Shown: piece by piece, positions 58,867 to 64,000 of the stretch
Numbering within the stretch: the first letter of the stretch is position 1
How the letters are laid out: every line of letters starts with the position of its first letter
Source: Trueperaceae bacterium
Lineage (GTDB): Bacteria > Deinococcota > Deinococci > Deinococcales > Trueperaceae
Length of the DNA stretch: 64,000 nucleotides
NCBI GenBank assembly: GCA_965214405.1
Contig: OZ243956.1
Coordinates: 3,584,001-3,648,000 of the forward strand
Direction: 5' to 3'
Translations under genes and position numbers: made by a program
Notes under the pieces: generated by a model
Told to the model about the DNA's origin: nothing
Databases searched by the model: none
What the model saw: only the letters and a program-made list of their open reading frames with translations

Positions 58867-59289
58867 CTACCGCGCCCGCGCGGGCGCTCTCTCAGGCGTA
58901 AAGAAGCCGAAGTAGGCGGCGATAATTGCCGTGACCGCGTGGAGCCAGATGTCGTTGCCGAAGATGGGCATGAGGCCGAAAACAGTATTGAAGCCGGGGA
59001 AAAAGCCGATAATGGCGAGCGTGGCGAAAATAATCGCCGCCGCCTGCGCGTAGTAACGCGCGCCGCCGTAGGAGCGAAACACCGCCACGCCCCACAAACC
59101 CATGAGCAAGTAGAAAATGTTGTTGAGAATGTTCACGGGAAACGTACCGAACAAGTAACCGTAGCCCGTCTCGACCGCCAAATCCGGTGCCCAGAGCGTC
59201 ACGGGCCACAAAGCGGAGGGGAAAAACCCGAAGATGCCCAAAACAATGTACACAATCCCAAGAACAAGCGCGAAGTAACGTGCAGCCAT
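58867..59289 (-). CDS. DUF4383-family membrane protein
   Basis: LFGTFPVNILNN...DIWLH; four hydrophobic segments. Confidence 0.75.
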   Translation of the reverse strand: MAARYFALVLGIVYIVLGIFGFFPSALWPVTLWAPDLAVETGYGYLFGTFPVNILNNIFYLLMGLWGVAVFRSYGGARYYAQAAAIIFATLAIIGFFPGFNTVFGLMPIFGNDIWLHAVTAIIAAYFGFFTPERAPARAR

Positions 59290-59410
59290 GTTTCTCCTTT
59301 AGAACAAGTATTTGGGATTGCCGCTCGAGCACGCAACCCCGATGCGTCCCTAGCTTACGACATTCCGCGAGGAGAGACAAAAAACACTGTAGACCTTGAA
59401 TACCAAACCC

Positions 59411-60577
59411 TCAGGGCGTCAGCACCACCTTGACGCAGCCGTCCTCTTTGTGTTTGAACATCTCGTAGCCCTTGGGCGCGTCCTCGAGCCTCATCCTATG
59501 CGTGATGATAAACGATGGGTCGATGTCGCCCGACTCGATGCGGCCTAAGAGCGGTTTGAGGTAGCGGTGGACGTGCGTCTGGCCCATCTTAAAGGTGAGG
59601 CCCTTGTTAAACGCCGCGCCCATCGGGATTTTGTCGATAAACCCGCCGTAGACACCCGCGATTGAGACGGTGCCGCCCTTGCGGCAGTTTAGAATCGCCG
59701 CGCGCAAGGCGTGGGGGCGGCCTGTTTCCAACCTCACCGCCTGTTTGGCTTTGTCGTACAGGTTCATCACGCCCAAGCCGTGCGCCTCCATTCCCACCGC
59801 CTCGATGCAGGCGTCGGGGCCGCGGCCCCCGGTCATCTCGTTCAAGGCCTCCTGAACGTCGACCTCTTCAAAGTTGAGCGTTTCAGCGCCGTGCGTTTCG
59901 GCCATGCTTAAACGTTCTTGTACGCTGTCGATGGCGATAACCCGCTCCGCCCCCAAAAGGAGCGCGCTCTGAATCGCAAACTGCCCCACCGGCCCGCAGC
60001 CCCAGACCGCAATCACCTGTCCCGGCTTGATGTCGCAGTTTTCGGCGGCCTGGTAGCCTGTCGGGAAGATGTCGGTGAGAAAAAGGACCTGTTCGTCACT
60101 CAAAGAATCGGGCACCTTGATGGGACCCACGTCGGCAAAGGGTACCCGGACGTACTCGGCTTGCCCGCCCGCGTAGCCGCCCATGAGGTGCGAATAGCCG
60201 AAGATACCCGCCGGGACGTGACCCAACAGGAGTTCGGCGGTGTTGCGGCTCGGGTTGGTGTTGTCGCAGAGCGACCAGAGTTCGTTTTTGCAAAAAAAGC
60301 AGCTCCCGCAGGCGATGGGAAAGGGCACCACCACGCGGTCGCCCTTGGACAAGTTTTTAACCTCACGCCCGACCTCGACCACCTCGCCCATAAACTCGTG
60401 ACCCAGGATGTCGCCGCGCTCCATCGTCGGGATAAAGCCGTCGTAAAGGTGCAAGTCGGAGCCGCAGATGGCGGTCGAGGTAACTTTGATAATCGCGTCG
60501 TGCGGGTTGATGAGTTCGGGGTCCGGGACGGTCTCGACCTGGACGTTATGGGTGCCGTTCCAACAGAGTGCTCTCAC
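59411..60577 (-). CDS. Zinc-dependent alcohol dehydrogenase (YbdR/formaldehyde dehydrogenase-like)
   Basis: ICGSDLH, GHEFMG, CGSCFFC...C, TDIFPTG, GCGPVG. Confidence 0.92.
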   Translation of the reverse strand: MRALCWNGTHNVQVETVPDPELINPHDAIIKVTSTAICGSDLHLYDGFIPTMERGDILGHEFMGEVVEVGREVKNLSKGDRVVVPFPIACGSCFFCKNELWSLCDNTNPSRNTAELLLGHVPAGIFGYSHLMGGYAGGQAEYVRVPFADVGPIKVPDSLSDEQVLFLTDIFPTGYQAAENCDIKPGQVIAVWGCGPVGQFAIQSALLLGAERVIAIDSVQERLSMAETHGAETLNFEEVDVQEALNEMTGGRGPDACIEAVGMEAHGLGVMNLYDKAKQAVRLETGRPHALRAAILNCRKGGTVSIAGVYGGFIDKIPMGAAFNKGLTFKMGQTHVHRYLKPLLGRIESGDIDPSFIITHRMRLEDAPKGYEMFKHKEDGCVKVVLTP

Positions 60578-60637
60578 TGGTTTCCCCCTCGAGTGTATAT
60601 GAACATGTGGATGGTTTAGCGTCGGCTCGAGCCCGCC

Positions 60638-61447
60638 CTAATCACGTCCGGACGGCTGACCTTTGATGGTCGCAATCTCGCCCGTTTCCTGCTGCTGCTT
60701 GAATCTAGCCAAGTCTTCGCCGATTTGCTGATACGGCTCGCGGCCAAAGAGTTTGGCAACCGCGGCCCCCAGCGCGCCGCCCGGCGGGTGATAGGTCAGC
60801 GACACGGTAATCTCGGTGCCGCGGTCGCCGGGCGCGGGGCGAAACCGCACCTCACCCTCGTTTTGCACGTCCGCGTCCGGCAACGAGCGCCAGGCGAGCC
60901 GTTCATTTTCGAGCTCTTCCGTCGTCTCCGCGTCCCACTCGATATCTAAGCCCGCCGGACCCTTGGCGACCCAATGCGAGCTGCGAGCGCCCGTCATGGT
61001 GACGCTCTCAAGGTGGCGCATGATTTGGGGCAGGTTCTCCAAGTTCCGCCAGTAGCTGTAGAGTTCCCCCACAGGCTTATTGATCGTCACGCTGCGGGTG
61101 ACTTCAGTACCTTCGTCCGCTCTTTCGCGCCCGTCCTCACGCTGTGTTCCGTAAGAGCCGGATGATGCTCCGCGAGAACGCGTGTTCCCGGTCACCCCTT
61201 GAATGAGCAGGTAGCTCCCGACGAGCGCGAGCACCGTGCCCGCTAAAACCGTGCCCCACTCGGGTTCGCTCGAGCCCCCGCGGTATTCCCCACGGTCTCC
61301 TCTATACGTGCTCCCGTACGCGTCGTAGCTCTCTCCATAGCCTTCTCCATAGCCTTCCGCGCCGTACGGGTCGCCGCCGGTTCTCAGCCCATCCGCGCCT
61401 GCTGCACGGTTGTTGTACACGTCGTAGTTGCCGGTATAGTCGTCCAT
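60638..61447 (-). CDS. SRPBCC/cyclase family protein with Tyr/Gly-rich N-terminus and TM helix
   Basis: SVTINKP..ELYSYWRNLENLPQIM, FRPAPGDRGTE, ETGEIAT; ATG after AAAGGGGG. Confidence 0.88.
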   Translation of the reverse strand: MDDYTGNYDVYNNRAAGADGLRTGGDPYGAEGYGEGYGESYDAYGSTYRGDRGEYRGGSSEPEWGTVLAGTVLALVGSYLLIQGVTGNTRSRGASSGSYGTQREDGRERADEGTEVTRSVTINKPVGELYSYWRNLENLPQIMRHLESVTMTGARSSHWVAKGPAGLDIEWDAETTEELENERLAWRSLPDADVQNEGEVRFRPAPGDRGTEITVSLTYHPPGGALGAAVAKLFGREPYQQIGEDLARFKQQQETGEIATIKGQPSGRD

Positions 61448-61577
61448 GCGTCCCCCTTTTCTAAAGTCTGCATGTCCGGGGCGCGCGGATGAATAGTGCG
61501 CCTTACAATGTGATGAGAAGCTGCCGAGTACCGAGTGGAAAGTGCTGAACAAAGGTGGGGAGTAAAGCGTTCGGGGG

Positions 61578-62087
61578 TCAGTCCTCGAGTAGCGAATCTT
61601 TTTCTGGCCGCATAAACCCGCCGTAGCCGCCCGCGTGGTACAGGAGCGGCTTTTCCTCGTTCCAAAAAAGGTGCTCGACGCCGCCGATAAAGAGCGTGTG
61701 GTCGCCCGCGTCGTGCGTGTTCACCACCCGGCACACCAAACCCGCCGCCGCGCCCTCGAGCAGCGGAAAGCCGCCCAAGGAGGCGTAGGGCACCTCGAGC
61801 CCGTTCACGGTGCGCCCCGCGAAATGGTTGCTAAACACTTCCTGGCCCTCGCGCAAGATGCTCACGCCGTAACGCTCGCTTCTTAAGAGCGTGGCGTGGG
61901 CCTTGGCTTTTTTGTCGACGGACACCAGAACCAAGGGAGGCTCTAAGGACACCGACATAAACGCGCTCACCGTGATGCCGTAAACCTCCCCTCCCTGCAC
62001 CATCGTCACGACCGTGACGCCCGTGGCAAAACGCGCGAGCGTCCGCCGGAAGTCGTTCGGCTGGATGGGGAGCGTTTCTTCACTCAC
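61578..62087 (-). CDS. Flavin reductase family protein
   Basis: FRRTLARFATGVTVV, SVSLEPPL, AGDHTLFIG. Confidence 0.92.
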   Translation of the reverse strand: MSEETLPIQPNDFRRTLARFATGVTVVTMVQGGEVYGITVSAFMSVSLEPPLVLVSVDKKAKAHATLLRSERYGVSILREGQEVFSNHFAGRTVNGLEVPYASLGGFPLLEGAAAGLVCRVVNTHDAGDHTLFIGGVEHLFWNEEKPLLYHAGGYGGFMRPEKDSLLED

Positions 62088-62263
62088 AAATCGTCCCTCT
62101 GACGCACCAATAATCCCTTTGACACTTTTGCTACTCCATCCTCTCTCGTACCACGCCAGCGCTCTTCAGAAAAGGCTTTGGCGGGGGTACGCTTTCTCTG
62201 CGTCTTCTCTACGCTGTAACATCCTCACCGCTTTGGCCTGCCCACCTTAACTATACTAAAAAG

Positions 62264-62995
62264 GTGTTGGCCGCCCCCTTTAGTCTCCTCGCCAAAGTTT
62301 ACGACGCCATCATGGAAGATATCGATTATGACGACTGGGCAGAGTTCGTGCTCAAAGCGGTGCGGCTGAGGGAGGGCGCGCGCGTGCTCGACTTGGGCTG
62401 CGGCACCGGCAACTCGACCTTTCCTTTTTACGCGCGGGGCTTTGAGGTGGTGGGCCTAGACGCGTCGGCGGATATGCTCAGGGTGGCGCGCGAGAAGCTG
62501 CCCCCGGTTAAGTTCGTGCAGGCGGACTTTATGAGCTTCTGTCTGGACGAACCTTTTGACCTCGTCGTGTCGATGTTCGATTCGCTCAATAACCTGCTCG
62601 AGCCCGCCCACTTCCTGGCGGCGGCGACGCGCGTATATGAACACCTCACGCCCGGCGGCTTTTTTATGTTTGACGTGAACACCACGCAGGGCCTTAAAGA
62701 CCTCTGGGAAACGGGCCGCGCCGAGGGCTGGGCGGGCGAGGTCTACTACCGCTGGGAGCACCTGTTCGACGAAACGACGGGGCTCGCCAGGGTCGAGGCG
62801 TACTGCGAGAGCGAGACGGGGAATTTTACCGGGCGCTTTACCGAAATTCATTTCGAGCGCCCTTACGACCCGCTCGAGTTGCGCACCCTGCTCACCCAGG
62901 CGGGTTTCAGCGAGGTGCGGGTCATGAGCTACCCGAGCGGGGCGGCGGCCACCGAAGACGACGTGCGGGTGTGGGGCGTGGCGCGGCGCGGCTAG
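62264..62995 (+). CDS. Class I SAM-dependent methyltransferase
   Basis: VLDLGCGTG, DASADML, FDSLN, FDVNT. Confidence 0.92.
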   Translation: MLAAPFSLLAKVYDAIMEDIDYDDWAEFVLKAVRLREGARVLDLGCGTGNSTFPFYARGFEVVGLDASADMLRVAREKLPPVKFVQADFMSFCLDEPFDLVVSMFDSLNNLLEPAHFLAAATRVYEHLTPGGFFMFDVNTTQGLKDLWETGRAEGWAGEVYYRWEHLFDETTGLARVEAYCESETGNFTGRFTEIHFERPYDPLELRTLLTQAGFSEVRVMSYPSGAAATEDDVRVWGVARRG

Positions 62996-63316
62996 GTCGG
63001 CGGGCGGGGGCGCGTCACGCAGAGGTTTTGTAGGCCTGCGTAAAGACGTTTCCCGCCAAGCAGACCGCGACAAACTGTGACCTATGGTGACCTTGTCGAG
63101 CTGCGGCAGCAAGAAAACTTAAGCGCCGTTGAGCATCAAGAACTGCTGGCCTTGATATGGTCGGCAAATGGTCGGCTCATTATGCTGCTCGGTTTCACTC
63201 ACCCTTCACATATAGAAGACATGATGAAAATCACCCAGGGCGGCGACTCGAGGTGATTTAATGTCTAGAGACTGTTTAGAAACAGAGTGACTTTCAACAT
63301 CCGGGGATGGGAATTT

Positions 63317-64000
63317 ATGAACGGCAAACGCTACGTTACTTTCGGGTTTATTTCTTTTTTGCTCCTTTTGCTCGCGCTGGCCTCTTGCACTGAGGATACG
63401 GGGCGCAACTCGGCACCCGCCGCCGCCTTTACCGCCACGCCCAAGACCGGCGCGGCGCCGCTCGAGGTCTTCTTTGACGCGGCGGGCTCGAGCGGCGCGG
63501 TTGGTTACGCGTGGGACTTTGGCGACGGCGCGAGGGGCGAAGGCGTCAAAGTTTCGCATACCTACCGTGCGGTCGGCACCTACACCGCGGCGCTCACCGT
63601 GACCGACGGCGAAGGAAGAACCGCGCGCGAAACGCTCAGGGTGGTCGTCGCGTCTGCGTCAGAATCCAACCGCGCGCCCAGGGCTGCTTTCATCCCCACA
63701 CCCCAGACGGGTGCCGCGCCGCTCGAGGTCACGTTTGACGCATCCGGCTCGAGCGACCCCGACGGCGACACGCTGAGCCACACGTGGAACTTTGGCGACG
63801 GTGAGGCGGGCAAAGGTGTGACCGTTCGCCACGTTTACGCGTCGGCGGGCTCGTACGTCGTCACGCTCAAGGTAGAGGACGGAAGGGGCGGCAGCGACAG
63901 TTCGCAGAGAACCGTCCAGGTGAGCGCGCCAGCCCCCGCCTTTACAAAAATCTCCTGGAGCACCGTGGCCCCGCAGCCCCTTCCCAATTCGGAGGCGCAG
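63317..64000 (+). CDS. PKD-domain lipoprotein (3' end truncated by window)
   Basis: Lipobox LASC, two PKD domains (WDFGDG, WNFGDG), then a possible Kelch-like start WSTVAPQP. Confidence 0.85.
   Translation, partial: MNGKRYVTFGFISFLLLLLALASCTEDTGRNSAPAAAFTATPKTGAAPLEVFFDAAGSSGAVGYAWDFGDGARGEGVKVSHTYRAVGTYTAALTVTDGEGRTARETLRVVVASASESNRAPRAAFIPTPQTGAAPLEVTFDASGSSDPDGDTLSHTWNFGDGEAGKGVTVRHVYASAGSYVVTLKVEDGRGGSDSSQRTVQVSAPAPAFTKISWSTVAPQPLPNSEAQ

Overview
GC-rich bacterial chromosome segment, most likely from Deinococcota (Truepera-like). This placement is an inference from the 23S-5S-tRNA-Gly operon lacking 16S, the insertion in DnaE and the many leaderless-type starts. Core genes: rimO (partial), pilT, glcDEF, a class II sirtuin, dxr, a site-2 protease, ligA, an S41 protease, gyrB with a 435-aa HNH intein, and dnaE. 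Accessory material: an AT-rich higB-higA-(546-aa putative HEPN protein) cassette; two diverged ISKra4/ISLre2-like elements sharing a conserved +1 frameshift site, one sitting just upstream of the rRNA promoter; an SDR-LarA-like-uxaC hexuronate operon without uxuA; WYL and SARP regulators with recognisable operator architecture; a 23-bp minisatellite grown out of a stop codon; and several gene remnants. The palindrome CTCGAG is highly iterated in native DNA, in all three reading frames, and I saw none in the AT-rich inserts, the IS elements or the rRNA, which resembles cyanobacterial HIP1. The best candidates for undescribed systems are the TA-HEPN cassette, the CTCGAG signature and the LarA-type glucuronate route. 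All product calls rest on motif recognition; no searches were run.
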